From NCBI GenBank assembly GCA_022574255.1, contig JACZSK010000005.1:441-64440 (forward strand): a stretch of DNA of 64,000 nucleotides. The letters are read 5' to 3'. Position numbers and translations under genes: made by a program. Below, one piece after another: positions 49,174 to 59,102 of this stretch (its first letter is position 1; each line of letters opens with the position of its first letter). The stretch is from Pseudomonadota bacterium. GTDB lineage: Bacteria; Pseudomonadota; Alphaproteobacteria; Sphingomonadales; SMXR01. A model generated the notes under the pieces. That model searched no databases and was not told the DNA's origin. It saw only the letters and a list, made by a program, of their open reading frames with translations.

Positions 49174-49502
49174 GGGTTGATCCTACAGAGAGTGGATTTG
49201 CCTGTCACCGCCCGTGAATTATATAGGGGCACATTAAAAAGGGTGTTGTTTTTTCGAGCAATTAATGGCCGATCAGGAGCGCAACAATGCGGTTGCATCT
49301 TGGGGCAGGGGCCGCTAAACCTTGCCACAAGAGGCAGGGTCAGAAGGGCTGACGTATTACTCTGCCGGCTGCGGGACACATTGAGTGAGTGTGACCTTTG
49401 GCCGCATCATCAAGGGGCTGTTTCCCGGCTGAAAGTTGTTTAGAAAATCAATTCCTGGCGCGGCGCCAAAATGGCGCAGCCCGCGTTCTCGAGGCAAACC
49501 AG

Positions 49503-50033
49503 ATGGCGACAGATGATTCCAGCGATTCAGGCGATGGCGCCACCCGGCGCGATTTTATTCACATCGCCAGTATGGGCCTCGGGGCCGTAGCGGTTGGCGC
49601 GGCGATGTGGCCGCTGATCGACCAGATGAACCCTTCAGCCGAGGTTCTGGCGATGTCCACAACCGAAGTGGACCTGTCGGCGATTGAAGTCGGGCAGAGC
49701 ATTACCGTTGTATGGCGCAAGAAGCCGGTTTTCATCCGCCGCCGCACGGCAGCGGAGATTGCCGAGGCTCAGGCTGTATCATTGGCGGATTTGCCCGATC
49801 CCGAGACCGACGCAGACCGCGTGCAAAAACCCGAATGGCTGGTGATGGTGGGCGTTTGCACCCATTTGGGCTGTGTGCCCTTGGGTGAGCAGGGCGAGTA
49901 TGGCGGCTGGTTCTGCCCTTGCCACGGTTCCCATTACGATACCTCTGGCCGCATCCGCAAAGGCCCGGCGCCGAACAACCTTGAGGTGCCGCAATATGTC
50001 TTCATCGATGACAACAAAATTCTGATCGGGTAG
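49503..50033 (+). CDS. petA: Ubiquinol-cytochrome c reductase, Rieske iron-sulfur subunit
   Basis: Tat-like TRRDF and the Rieske boxes CTHLGCVP and CPCHGSHYD. The start was trimmed to ATG 49503. Confidence 0.92.
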   Translation: MATDDSSDSGDGATRRDFIHIASMGLGAVAVGAAMWPLIDQMNPSAEVLAMSTTEVDLSAIEVGQSITVVWRKKPVFIRRRTAAEIAEAQAVSLADLPDPETDADRVQKPEWLVMVGVCTHLGCVPLGEQGEYGGWFCPCHGSHYDTSGRIRKGPAPNNLEVPQYVFIDDNKILIG

Positions 50034-50042
50034 GGGCAAAAA

Positions 50043-51311
50043 ATGTCAGAGAGTAAATTCCAGCCGAAGTCAAAGATTGTCCAGTGGATCGAATATCGGC
50101 TGCCGATATTCTCGCTGATGCATGCCGCCGTGGGCCCAGGCTATCCGACCCCCAAGAATCTTAATTACTGGTGGAATTTCGGCTCGCTCGCCGGTCTGGT
50201 GCTGGTTGTCCAGATCATCACCGGCATCGTGTTGGCAATGCATTACACACCCACCGCCGATCTCGCCTTCGCCTCGGTCGAGCATATCATGCGCGACGTG
50301 AATTATGGCTGGCTGCTGCGCTATGTCCACGCCAACGGCGGGTCAATGTTCTTTATCGTGGTTTATATCCACATATTCCGCGGGCTTTATTACGGATCCT
50401 ACAAGGCACCGCGCGAGCTCTTGTGGATGCTGGGTGTGGTGATTTTGCTGTTGATGATGGCCACCGCTTTCATGGGTTATGTGCTGCCCTGGGGCCAGAT
50501 GAGCTTCTGGGGGGCGACGGTGATTACCAGCATGTTCGGCGCCATCCCCTTTATCGGTGATGCTATCCTGGCGTTTCTGTGGGGTGATTTCGCGGTCGGC
50601 AACGCCACATTGAACCGCTTCTTCAGCCTGCATTACCTGCTGCCCTTCGTGATCGTGGGGGTGGTGATCCTGCATATGTGGGCGCTGCATCAGCATGGCT
50701 CGAACAACCCCTTGGGGATCGACACCAAGGGCCCGCAGGACAAGGTGCCCTTCCACCCCTATTACACCGCCAAGGACGCCTTCGGAGTGACGGTTTTCAT
50801 CATGTTCTTTGCGGCAATGGTCTTTTATGAGCCCAATTTGCTGGGTCATCCGGATAATTATATCCCCGCCGACAGGCTGTCGACGCCCGGCCATATTGTG
50901 CCGGAGTGGTATTATCTGCCCTTCTACGCGATCCTTCGCGCGATCACTTTTGACATCAGCATTCCGGGCACGAATATTGTGATTATCACAGCCAAGCTCG
51001 CCGGCGTCATCCTTATGCTCGGCTCGATCCTGGTGCTGTTCCTGCTGCCCTGGCTGGACTTCTCCAAGGTGCGCTCGGCCACCTTCCGCCCGCTTTACAA
51101 GCAGATATACTGGCTGCTGGTGATTGACGTGATCGTTCTGGGATATGTGGGTGCGCAGAAACCCGAGGGCATTCTGCCCACCGTGGGACTGATCGCTACG
51201 GCTTATTATTTCATCCACTTTTTGGTCCTGATGCCGATCATCAGCAAAGTGGAAAAGCCGAAGCCGCTGCCCGAGAGCATTTCCAACCCTGTAATCAAAG
51301 CGGCGGAGTAG
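50043..51311 (+). CDS. petB: Cytochrome b
   Basis: 422 aa with [25 protein letters not shown] and [13 protein letters not shown]. Confidence 0.95.
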   Translation: MSESKFQPKSKIVQWIEYRLPIFSLMHAAVGPGYPTPKNLNYWWNFGSLAGLVLVVQIITGIVLAMHYTPTADLAFASVEHIMRDVNYGWLLRYVHANGGSMFFIVVYIHIFRGLYYGSYKAPRELLWMLGVVILLLMMATAFMGYVLPWGQMSFWGATVITSMFGAIPFIGDAILAFLWGDFAVGNATLNRFFSLHYLLPFVIVGVVILHMWALHQHGSNNPLGIDTKGPQDKVPFHPYYTAKDAFGVTVFIMFFAAMVFYEPNLLGHPDNYIPADRLSTPGHIVPEWYYLPFYAILRAITFDISIPGTNIVIITAKLAGVILMLGSILVLFLLPWLDFSKVRSATFRPLYKQIYWLLVIDVIVLGYVGAQKPEGILPTVGLIATAYYFIHFLVLMPIISKVEKPKPLPESISNPVIKAAE

Positions 51312-51315
51312 GGCA

Positions 51316-52113
51316 ATGACCATGAATTCAGCCAGAAAAGCCATGATCGTTGCCGCCTTTGCCGGACTGTCTCTGGGCCAGTCCGTGAGCGCCATAGCCT
51401 CTGGTGAGGCCGTCGCGTTAAAAGAGCATGACTGGACTTTCGCGGGCCCCATGGGCACCTATGACCGCGCCGCCCAGCAGCGCGGCTTCCAGGTTTACAA
51501 GGAGGTCTGCTCGGCCTGCCACGGCCTGAAATATATCGCCTTCCGCAACTTGACGGAAATCGGCCTGACCGAGGATGAAGTAAAGGCCATCGCGGCGGAA
51601 TATACGGTTGCTGGCGACGTCGACGAATATGGCGACCCCACCGAGCGCCCAGGGCGCACTGAGGATTACCTGCCATCGCCCTTTCCCAACGCCAATGCGG
51701 CGCGTTTTTCCAACAACGGCGCGTTGCCGCCTGACCTTTCCTTGATTACCAAGGCTCGGGTCGGTGGGCCCAACTACCTCTACAGCCTGTTGACCGGTTA
51801 CGTGGACCAGCCAGATGATTTTGATCTGGGCGAGGGCCTTACTTACAACGCCTATTTCCCGGGCCACCAGATCGCCATGGCGATGCCTTTGTTCGAGGAT
51901 GCCGTGGAATATGCCGACGGCACGCCGGCGACTGTCGAGCAGTTGGCGGAGGATGTGACAGTATTCCTGAACTGGGCCGCCGAACCCGAGCTGGAAGCGC
52001 GCCACGAGTTGGGCCTGCGCGTCATGCTGTTCATGCTGGCGCTCACTATTTTGGTGTATTTCTCAAACAAGAAAGTCTGGGCCGACATCAAGAAGAAGAA
52101 AGACGACGCCTAG
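51316..52113 (+). CDS. petC: Cytochrome c1
   Basis: 265 aa with a signal peptide, heme motif CSACHG, PPDLSLI and a C-terminal transmembrane anchor. Confidence 0.9.
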   Translation: MTMNSARKAMIVAAFAGLSLGQSVSAIASGEAVALKEHDWTFAGPMGTYDRAAQQRGFQVYKEVCSACHGLKYIAFRNLTEIGLTEDEVKAIAAEYTVAGDVDEYGDPTERPGRTEDYLPSPFPNANAARFSNNGALPPDLSLITKARVGGPNYLYSLLTGYVDQPDDFDLGEGLTYNAYFPGHQIAMAMPLFEDAVEYADGTPATVEQLAEDVTVFLNWAAEPELEARHELGLRVMLFMLALTILVYFSNKKVWADIKKKKDDA

Positions 52114-52147
52114 AGACGCCACTGGTACGAGCCGGGAGCCTGAATGA

Positions 52148-52681
52148 ATGGCCGAGTGGGTTACATCGCGAATCCGCACCATTCCCGACTTTCCCAAGGC
52201 CGGTGTGCAGTTTCGCGACATCACAACCCTGTTGGCCGATCCCCTGGGTTTCCGCAAGGCGGTGGACGAACTGGTTCAGCGTTATGTGGGCGTGACCATT
52301 GATAAAGTTGTCGGTATCGAAGCGCGCGGATTTATCCTGGGAGGCGCCGTGGCGCACCAGCTGGCCGCCGGTTTCGTACCCGTCCGCAAAGCCGGCAAGC
52401 TGCCCCACACCACGATCTCGGAGGATTACGAGCTTGAATACGGCACCGGCAGGCTGGAATTGCATGATGACGCCATTGGTTCCGGCGACCTGGTGCTTCT
52501 GGTCGATGATTTGATCGCCACCGGCGGCACCGCGGAGGCAGCAGTCAAGCTGATCCGGGCCACCGGCGGCACGGTCGTTGCCGCCTGCTTTGTCATCGAT
52601 CTGCCCGATCTCGGCGGATCGCGGCGCATCCGGGACATGGATGTTCCCGTGGTCACGCTGTGCGAATATCCCGGCGGGTGA
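52148..52681 (+). CDS. apt: Adenine phosphoribosyltransferase
   Basis: [21 protein letters not shown] and the PRPP motif [13 protein letters not shown]. Confidence 0.92.
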   Translation: MAEWVTSRIRTIPDFPKAGVQFRDITTLLADPLGFRKAVDELVQRYVGVTIDKVVGIEARGFILGGAVAHQLAAGFVPVRKAGKLPHTTISEDYELEYGTGRLELHDDAIGSGDLVLLVDDLIATGGTAEAAVKLIRATGGTVVAACFVIDLPDLGGSRRIRDMDVPVVTLCEYPGG

Positions 52682-52691
52682 ACCCGGTAAA

Positions 52692-53678
52692 CTATCTGGT
52701 GATTATCTTGCTTTCCGGGTGAAAGGCATGAAAGGCGAAGGCGAAGTCAACGCCGTACGGAATATCGACCGGGCCATCGGGGGTTTGCTGTTGCACCAGC
52801 ACATTGCCCACATCCCGTCCCTTTGAAATTATTCTGTGGTCCAGGGCGGAATTCTGCCCCGCCTGCCAGGTGATTATCAACCCGTCTGTGGTCTCTATGT
52901 GGCCTTTCTTGCGCAGCAAAGTCAGCGCCCAGGCACGATCCCCCACCGTCACCACGCGGGCCATGGCAGGGATATTTCTCGGCAGAGTCCCGGCCTGGAA
53001 CCAGGGTGCTGGAAGGGAATCATAATTGGCATAAGGATTGCCGCCATAGGGACGACCCGGGAACCGCCGTGGCGGCAACAGAACATTGCCATCGGGATGG
53101 CGTTTCCTGAAGCTGGCCAGAGATTCAATCCGCGACGGCAGGCGCTTCAGCTTCGTGCCATTCAGCCTGCCCGCTATGGCCTCGCCGGTGAATTGCGCCC
53201 ACCAGCTCTCGCTCCAGCGGTCGTACATGACCAGGTTCGAGAGATACAGCCTGCCGGTGGTGCCAAACTCGACGGCGTTGCCCTCCACATGCCGGTCGAA
53301 AGCGACGGCGGAATTGCACAGCGGGCAGTATGTAATGGCCACCGGCAATCCCCCCACCCAGTCGTTGACGATTTCGTGCTGGATCAGAATGCGAAAGGGA
53401 TAGGCATGGGCGTCGCCGCCCAGAAGAACGCTGATGACCGGCTCGGTATCGGCGAGTTCTGTTACCTGCTTCGCCGGAATGAACTGCGGGTCATCGATTG
53501 ACGAGATGCCATCCTTCGGCGGCCCGGCGGCTATGACTGCCCTGATATCGACCGAGGCCTGCGAGAAATCGGTGTCCGGCCATTCGGCGCGCAAATGAGC
53601 AAACTTGTCCTTCGCGGCCTGCACCGTGTAAGCGGTGGCCAATAGAATTATCGTGGCAATTATGACGCGGCGGACCAT
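52692..53678 (-). CDS. DUF3179-domain secreted protein
   Basis: Signal peptide, DGISSIDDPQFIP, YPFRILIQHEIVND and VAITYCPLCNSAVAF, the DUF3179 pattern. Confidence 0.7.
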   Translation of the reverse strand: MVRRVIIATIILLATAYTVQAAKDKFAHLRAEWPDTDFSQASVDIRAVIAAGPPKDGISSIDDPQFIPAKQVTELADTEPVISVLLGGDAHAYPFRILIQHEIVNDWVGGLPVAITYCPLCNSAVAFDRHVEGNAVEFGTTGRLYLSNLVMYDRWSESWWAQFTGEAIAGRLNGTKLKRLPSRIESLASFRKRHPDGNVLLPPRRFPGRPYGGNPYANYDSLPAPWFQAGTLPRNIPAMARVVTVGDRAWALTLLRKKGHIETTDGLIITWQAGQNSALDHRIISKGRDVGNVLVQQQTPDGPVDIPYGVDFAFAFHAFHPESKIITR

Positions 53679-53741
53679 GCGGGCAGCATTACCCGCCGGG
53701 GCCGATTGGGCAAATCACAGGTGATCAAAGAAGAGTGAGCG

Positions 53742-53763
53742 GGCGGGCTGGTCTGATCCCGCC
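53742..53763 (-). terminator. Short GC hairpin directly after the MaoC-like gene stop (weak terminator candidate)
   Basis: The minus strand reads GGCGGG-atcagaccag-CCCGCC followed by CGCTCACTCTTCTTT. The stem is only 6 bp. Confidence 0.3.
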
Positions 53764-53764
53764 T

Positions 53765-54235
53765 TTATTCCGCGACTGCGTCTTCAGCCGGGCGCCGCTG
53801 CAGCATGGCAATCGACTTGAAGGTCATGACCACCTCGCCCTTGTGGTTCGAGACGGTCATATCCTGATGCAGGCTGCCGAAGCCGGGGCGCGAGCGCGAA
53901 GGGCGCAACTCGGTAATCTCCGTTTTTACGGAAAGAATATCGCCGGGGCGCACCGGCCGGCGCCAGCGGACCTCATCGACCCCGGGCGAGCCCAGGCTGT
54001 GTGCGCGGCCCTCCATGGAATCAACCAGCATGCGCATGGTCATGGCGCAGGTGTGCCAGCCCGAAGCAATCAGCCCGCCGAACCATGATTCCTTCGCCGC
54101 CTCAACGTCCACATGGAAAAACTGGGGGTCATACTTTTTGGCGAATTCGAGAATTTCCTCCTCGGTCACCTCATAGGCGCCGAACTCTTGAATCGTTCCG
54201 ACTTCGTAATCTTCCATATAAACAGGCGCGCTCAT
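53765..54235 (-). CDS. MaoC-like (R)-specific enoyl-CoA hydratase / dehydratase
   Basis: 156 aa with FAKKYDPQFFHVDVEAAKES.FGGLIASGWHT, the hot-dog fold MaoC motif. Confidence 0.8.
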   Translation of the reverse strand: MSAPVYMEDYEVGTIQEFGAYEVTEEEILEFAKKYDPQFFHVDVEAAKESWFGGLIASGWHTCAMTMRMLVDSMEGRAHSLGSPGVDEVRWRRPVRPGDILSVKTEITELRPSRSRPGFGSLHQDMTVSNHKGEVVMTFKSIAMLQRRPAEDAVAE

Positions 54236-54249
54236 TGGCTTTGATTTCC

Positions 54250-55353
54250 TTAGTTTGCGAAACGAAACAGCATCACGTCGCCGTCCCGCACATCATATTC
54301 CTTTCCTTCAAGGCGCATCTTTCCCGCGTCCTTGGCGCCCTGTTCACCTCCACAGGCGAGAAATTCATCATAGGAAATTGTCTCGGCGCGGATGAAGCCT
54401 TTTTCGAAGTCGCTGTGAATGACGCCAGCCGCTTGCGGTGCCCTGGCGCCCTTCCTCACCGTCCAGGCCCGCGCTTCCTTCGGCCCCGCCGTAAAGAAAG
54501 TAATCAGGTCCAGCAGTGCGTATCCGGCGCGAATGATCCGCGCCAGACCGGTTTCCGCGAGGCCCAGGCTCTCCAGAAAATCGGCCCGGTCAGCCTCGTC
54601 GTCCAGTTCGGCGATCTGCGCCTCCACTTCAGCCGAGATAACCACACAGCCGGCGCCCTCAGCCGCCGCCATTTGGGCAACCTCCGCGGAAAAGGCATTG
54701 CCATCCGCCGCCGAGGCTTCGTCCACGTTGCAGACATAGAGAACCCGCTTGGATGTCAGCAGGTGAAGCCGGCGGAAAACCTTTTGCCGCGCCGGGTCGG
54801 ACCGATCCACGAGGCGCGCCGGTTTCCCCTCCTGTAACAGCACCAGAACCTCGTCGATCATGGCCAGCATTTCCTTGGCGTCCTTGTCGCCGCCCTTGGC
54901 TTTCTTCTCAATGCCGGCGCGTCTTTTTTCCATGCTTTCCAGGTCGGCAAGCATCAGCTCGGTTTCCACCGTCTCGGCGTCTGCCACGGGGTCAATCCTG
55001 CCCTCCACATGGGTGATATTGCCGTCTTCGAAACAGCGCAACACATGGATGATGGCATCCACCTCGCGGATGTTGCCCAAAAACTGATTGCCCAGGCCTT
55101 CGCCTTTCGACGCGCCGCGCACCAGCCCTGCGATGTCAACAAACCCCATCTGGGTGTCGATAACTTTGGCCGATTTGGCCAATGCAGCGATTTCCCGCAG
55201 CCGCGGGTCAGGGACCGGCACCTGGCCGATGTTGGGCTCAATGGTGCAGAAGGGGTAATTCTCCGCCGCCGCCGCGGCAGCGCTGGTCAGCGCGTTGAAA
55301 AGCGTTGATTTTCCCACGTTGGGAAGGCCGACGATGCCGCATTTGAAGCCCAT
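54250..55353 (-). CDS. ychF: Redox-regulated ATPase YchF
   Basis: 367 aa with [18 protein letters not shown] and the C-terminal [12 protein letters not shown]-like tail. Confidence 0.95.
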   Translation of the reverse strand: MGFKCGIVGLPNVGKSTLFNALTSAAAAAAENYPFCTIEPNIGQVPVPDPRLREIAALAKSAKVIDTQMGFVDIAGLVRGASKGEGLGNQFLGNIREVDAIIHVLRCFEDGNITHVEGRIDPVADAETVETELMLADLESMEKRRAGIEKKAKGGDKDAKEMLAMIDEVLVLLQEGKPARLVDRSDPARQKVFRRLHLLTSKRVLYVCNVDEASAADGNAFSAEVAQMAAAEGAGCVVISAEVEAQIAELDDEADRADFLESLGLAETGLARIIRAGYALLDLITFFTAGPKEARAWTVRKGARAPQAAGVIHSDFEKGFIRAETISYDEFLACGGEQGAKDAGKMRLEGKEYDVRDGDVMLFRFAN

Positions 55354-55389
55354 TCTGGATTTTCCTTATCGGCCCGAGGCCGGGCCCGG

Positions 55390-56001
55390 TCAGGTCTTGG
55401 CGCCGGAAGATTCGGTCGACTTTTTTTTCGCTTTTGCCGGTGCCAGCCGCAGCGCTACCGCGGTCATGAAACGGGCGTCTTCGCCCGCCGCCAGAAGCGG
55501 TGCCTCCTCGGCGATGGCATCGATCAACGGATCGCGCCAAACGGCTTCGGATTTACTAAAATCGGACAAGACATGCCTGTGCACATCGTCCTTGTTGCCG
55601 GGGTGGCCGACACCGATGCGAACCCGGCGAAAGTCCGCTCCGATATGCGAGATCAGGCTCCTGATGCCGTTGTGGCCAGCCGCGCCACCGCCGGTCTTGA
55701 CTTTCATCTTGCCCGGCGCGAAATCAATTTCATCGTAGAAAACGATCAATTCCCGGGGCTCCAGCTTGTAGTAGCGCATGGCTTCGCCGACCGACTGGCC
55801 GGAGCGGTTCATGTAAGTCATGGGCTTTAACATCAGGATTTTCTTGTCCGCCAGCCGGCCCTCGAAAGTCTGGCCCTGGAATCGCGCGCGCTGGGAGGAG
55901 AAGCCATGGCGGCGGACGATTTCGTCCACCGCCATAAAGCCGATGTTGTGTCTCTGGCCGGCGTGTTCCGCGCCGGGATTTCCAAGACCGACGAACAGCA
56001 T
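55390..56001 (-). CDS. pth: Peptidyl-tRNA hydrolase
   Basis: 203 aa with LFVGLGNPG...RHNIGF and GHNGIRS. Confidence 0.93.
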   Translation of the reverse strand: MLFVGLGNPGAEHAGQRHNIGFMAVDEIVRRHGFSSQRARFQGQTFEGRLADKKILMLKPMTYMNRSGQSVGEAMRYYKLEPRELIVFYDEIDFAPGKMKVKTGGGAAGHNGIRSLISHIGADFRRVRIGVGHPGNKDDVHRHVLSDFSKSEAVWRDPLIDAIAEEAPLLAAGEDARFMTAVALRLAPAKAKKKSTESSGAKT

Positions 56002-56062
56002 AATGAGTCAGGCCCCTGATGCTCCGGGCGGCAAAAAAGCCCGTGGAGTTTCGCCAGGAAGC

Positions 56063-56758
56063 TTATTCTTCCCCGCCGCCATCTTCTGCAGCACCGTCAC
56101 CTTCAACTGCTTCCTCGCCCTCTTCGCCTTCTTCGCCTTCTGCCAGGGCTTCCGCCTCGGCTTCCGCAGCCTCTTCTTCCTCGGTCTTCAAGCCCGAAGG
56201 CGCCACCACCGTGGCGACTGTAAAGTCACGGTCGGCAATGGTCGGTTCCACACCCTCGGGCATGGCGATGCCGCTGATGTGAATGGAATCATTGATTTCA
56301 AGGCCGACCAGCGAGACCTCCAGCCTGTCCGGGATGGCTTCGGCAGGGCAGGTGCATTCGATGGTATGCCGCACCACGTTCAGGACGCCGCCGCGTTTCA
56401 GGCCGGGGCACTCGTCCTCACCGGTGAATTGCACGGGCACTTCAATCACCACCGTTGCGCCTTTGCTCAGGCGCAGGAAATCCACATGCAGCGGTTTGTC
56501 ATAGACCGGGTCCAGCTGCAGATCGCGTGGCAGAACGCGCTGCTTCTTGCCGTTCAGCTCAATCTCGAACAGGCTGGTCAGGAAAGTGCCGCGACTCATC
56601 AGGCGGACCAGTTCGTTCCGCGCGATGGTGATCATTTCGGGTGCTTTTTTATCGCCGTAGACGACTGCCGGAATACGGCCAGCCCTTCTGGCGGCGCGGG
56701 AGGATCCCTTTCCTGCCCGCTCTCGCGGCTCAACCGCAAGGTTCTGAATGTCAGCCAT
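56063..56758 (-). CDS. rplY: 50S ribosomal protein L25 / general stress protein Ctc, with an acidic C-terminal tail
   Basis: 231 aa with GKGSSRAARRAGRIPAVVYG. It sits in the conserved prs-rplY-pth-ychF order. Confidence 0.9.
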   Translation of the reverse strand: MADIQNLAVEPRERAGKGSSRAARRAGRIPAVVYGDKKAPEMITIARNELVRLMSRGTFLTSLFEIELNGKKQRVLPRDLQLDPVYDKPLHVDFLRLSKGATVVIEVPVQFTGEDECPGLKRGGVLNVVRHTIECTCPAEAIPDRLEVSLVGLEINDSIHISGIAMPEGVEPTIADRDFTVATVVAPSGLKTEEEEAAEAEAEALAEGEEGEEGEEAVEGDGAAEDGGGEE

Positions 56759-56925
56759 TTGCTGCTCTCCAATCTTCCTGTTCCGGCGGAAATCCGCCGT
56801 CAGGGCCGTGCCGCCTCCAGGGATGCTTCACGGGGTTTAATGTCCAATTTCAAGGCGCTCGCTTTTACCCTGCGTTACCGGGAAAAGCAACCGGCTTGTG
56901 GGGTTTTTAGTGGGCTGCCAGAAGC

Positions 56926-57203
56926 CTAAGTCACGGACTCAAAAACAGGTTCGAAATAGCGCCGTAAACCGCAAAAAGACGCGAGGCGAAGGGTGAAAAG
57001 CGGGCTGGCTGCCCGGTTGAGCCCTTCAACGCTGCAGCTTGCCGCGGTTTCGGCGGCCTTAGGCCATGGCGGCTATGGCCGGTTTGCCCGGCTAATGCGT
57101 CGCAACCCCTTGAAAACCGCAAGGTTTCCCGCAGGTCCGCTCCTGTTATCCAGGCAAACCGGTCCATACTATTCGCGATCCTGTTTATGAGTTCGTGACT
57201 TAG
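56926..57203. repeat. 278-bp element bounded by 34/35-bp imperfect inverted repeats (30 of 35 aligned positions match) in the prs-rplY spacer
   Basis: The left arm 56926-56959 reads ctaagtcacggactcaaaaacaggttcgaaatag. The reverse complement of the right arm 57169-57203 reads ctaagtcacgaactcataaacaggatcgcgaatag. The right arm overlaps the prs stop codon (57200-57202). Confidence 0.6.
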
Positions 57204-58135
57204 TCGAAGAGGCTCGAAACCGAGGTTTCCTGGCTGATCCGGCTCATCGCCTCGGCGATCAGCGGGGCGATGGTCAGGTAGCGTATTTTCTTTGAAGCCT
57301 TGACCGCATCGGTGGCCATGATGCTGTCGGATATGACCAAAGCGTCCAGCGAAGAGGCTTCAACCCGCTCCACTGCGCCGCCCGATAATACGCCATGCGC
57401 TATATAGGCGCTGACCGATAGCGCGCCGTCATTCATCAGGGCTTCGGCGGCGTTGCACAGGGTGCCCGCGGAATCGACAATATCGTCAACGATGATGCAG
57501 CGGCGTCCACCAACGTCGCCGATGATGTTCATGACTTCGGATTCGCCGGCGCGTTCGCGGCGTTTGTCGATAATCGCCAGCGGCGCATCTTTTACGCGTT
57601 TGGCATAGGCGCGGGCACGCACCACACCGCCCACATCGGGCGAGACGATCATCAGGTTGTTATCGCCGTAATTCGCTAAAATGTCCTTGGTCATCACTGG
57701 CGCGGTGAACAGGTTGTCGGTCGGAATATCGAAAAAACCCTGGATCTGTCCGGCGTGGAGATCCAGGGTCAAAACTCGGTCGGCGCCTGCCGTGGTGATA
57801 AGGTTGGCTACCAGCTTGGCCGATATGGGCGTTCGCGGCCCTGGTTTGCGGTCCTGGCGGGCGTAGCCGTAATAGGGCAGAACGGCTGTGATCCTGCGCG
57901 CCGAGGCCCGACGCAGCGCATCTATGCAGATCAGCAGTTCCATCAAATGGTCGTTGGCGGGGAAGCTGGTCGATTGAACCACAAACACATCCTCGCCGCG
58001 CACGTTCTCATGGATTTCGACGAAGACTTCCTGATCGGAAAAACGCCGGATATCGGTCTTGGTCAGGGAGATGTCCAGATAATCCGCGATGGCCTCAGCC
58101 AGCGGGACATTGCTGTTGCCTGCCACCACTTTCAT
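57200..58135 (-). CDS. prs: Ribose-phosphate pyrophosphokinase
   Basis: [31 protein letters not shown] and [13 protein letters not shown]. The start was trimmed to ATG 58135. Confidence 0.95.
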   Translation of the reverse strand: MKVVAGNSNVPLAEAIADYLDISLTKTDIRRFSDQEVFVEIHENVRGEDVFVVQSTSFPANDHLMELLICIDALRRASARRITAVLPYYGYARQDRKPGPRTPISAKLVANLITTAGADRVLTLDLHAGQIQGFFDIPTDNLFTAPVMTKDILANYGDNNLMIVSPDVGGVVRARAYAKRVKDAPLAIIDKRRERAGESEVMNIIGDVGGRRCIIVDDIVDSAGTLCNAAEALMNDGALSVSAYIAHGVLSGGAVERVEASSLDALVISDSIMATDAVKASKKIRYLTIAPLIAEAMSRISQETSVSSLFD

Positions 58136-58150
58136 CCCAGATGTCTCCCC

Positions 58151-58174
58151 CTGTCTTGGCACCTGTCTTGGTAC
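58151..58174. repeat. 12-bp tandem duplication in the prs 5' leader
   Basis: Read directly: ctgtcttggcac / ctgtcttggtac, lying 16-39 bp upstream of the prs ATG. Confidence 0.8.
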
Positions 58175-58331
58175 CCTTGCGGTGACTGCACTTTCGAGCA
58201 TGAGCATCCATGCCGCAGCCGAAAGCAACAAAAATTGCGCCCGCGGGCGAAGTGTTATCAACTGCGCCGATGCCTGTAAACAGATTAGATGCGGCTCATA
58301 TGCGTTTCTGCCGGAGGCCGCTCAAAACCGC

Positions 58332-59099
58332 TCAAACCAACAGAATTGCCGACAATTGGCGGCCATAATCCACTTCGTCCCTGTGGCAACTGCGACGATA
58401 GGAATAGAAATCGCTCTCCAGCCTGTAGGTATCGACACCGGCGGTCCAGACCGATTCGATTCCCGCGGTTCTTAAAGAGCTGCCCACATAGGCGGGCAGG
58501 TCGAATTGAAAGCGGCCATCCCGGCCAACTGCAAAGAAAGTTGCCGCCCCGGCATTCGCGTCGAGGAACGCGGCCCTGAAATCGGCGCCGACTTCGTAGG
58601 ATTCCTGCGCGATGGCCGGGCCGATGGCGGCGGAAATATTATTGCGGCGCGCACCGAGTTTTACCATGGCTTCGACGGTAGCCTGCAAAACGCCCGTCAG
58701 TGCGCCTTTCCAACCAGCGTGCGCAGCCCCGATTACGCCCGCCGCGGCATCGGCGAACAGCACCGGCGCGCAATCTGCGGTCACGATGCCCAGCGCAATG
58801 TCCCGCTGGGCCGTCACCATGGCGTCCACCTGTGGCGCATCGCCCGTGGGCCAGGGCTCATTGACGATGGCTACATCGGTGCCGTGTATCTGGTAAGCCG
58901 TGCAAAGCGTGGCGTCCGAGGGCGCCAAATGAGCCAGCGCCTGGCGCCGATTCTCCTGAACCATGTCCCGCGCATCATCCGAGCCCAGTCCGACATTCAG
59001 CCCATCGTAAAGCCCGGTTGAGACGCCGCCCCGGCGGGTGAAAAATCCGTGGGAAACGGTGTCGGCGATATTTCCGGCCTGATAGGTTCTGATCATCAC
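58332..59099 (-). CDS. pgeF: PgeF/YfiH family (DUF152) purine nucleoside phosphorylase / peptidoglycan editing factor
   Basis: 255 aa with HGFFTRRGGVS, QIHGTDV, TADCAPVLF, HAGWKG and YSYRR. Confidence 0.85.
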   Translation of the reverse strand: MMIRTYQAGNIADTVSHGFFTRRGGVSTGLYDGLNVGLGSDDARDMVQENRRQALAHLAPSDATLCTAYQIHGTDVAIVNEPWPTGDAPQVDAMVTAQRDIALGIVTADCAPVLFADAAAGVIGAAHAGWKGALTGVLQATVEAMVKLGARRNNISAAIGPAIAQESYEVGADFRAAFLDANAGAATFFAVGRDGRFQFDLPAYVGSSLRTAGIESVWTAGVDTYRLESDFYSYRRSCHRDEVDYGRQLSAILLV

Positions 59100-59102
59100 C
59101 GG

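Noticed and set aside
50343-51458. 371-aa minus-strand ORF
   Set aside because: It is antisense to petB and the petC start, with a His/Arg/Gln-rich nonsense composition. The cytochrome b frame is unambiguous.
56759-57199. SRP (4.5S) RNA, tmRNA, RNase P RNA or 6S RNA in the prs-rplY spacer or the 7.8-8.5 kb spacer
   Set aside because: I could not find the conserved cores in either spacer, for example the SRP helix-8 GGAAG..AGCAGC motif, the RNase P GGAAAGTCCGGGC box, or a tmRNA tag reading frame. A covariance-model search would be needed to be certain.
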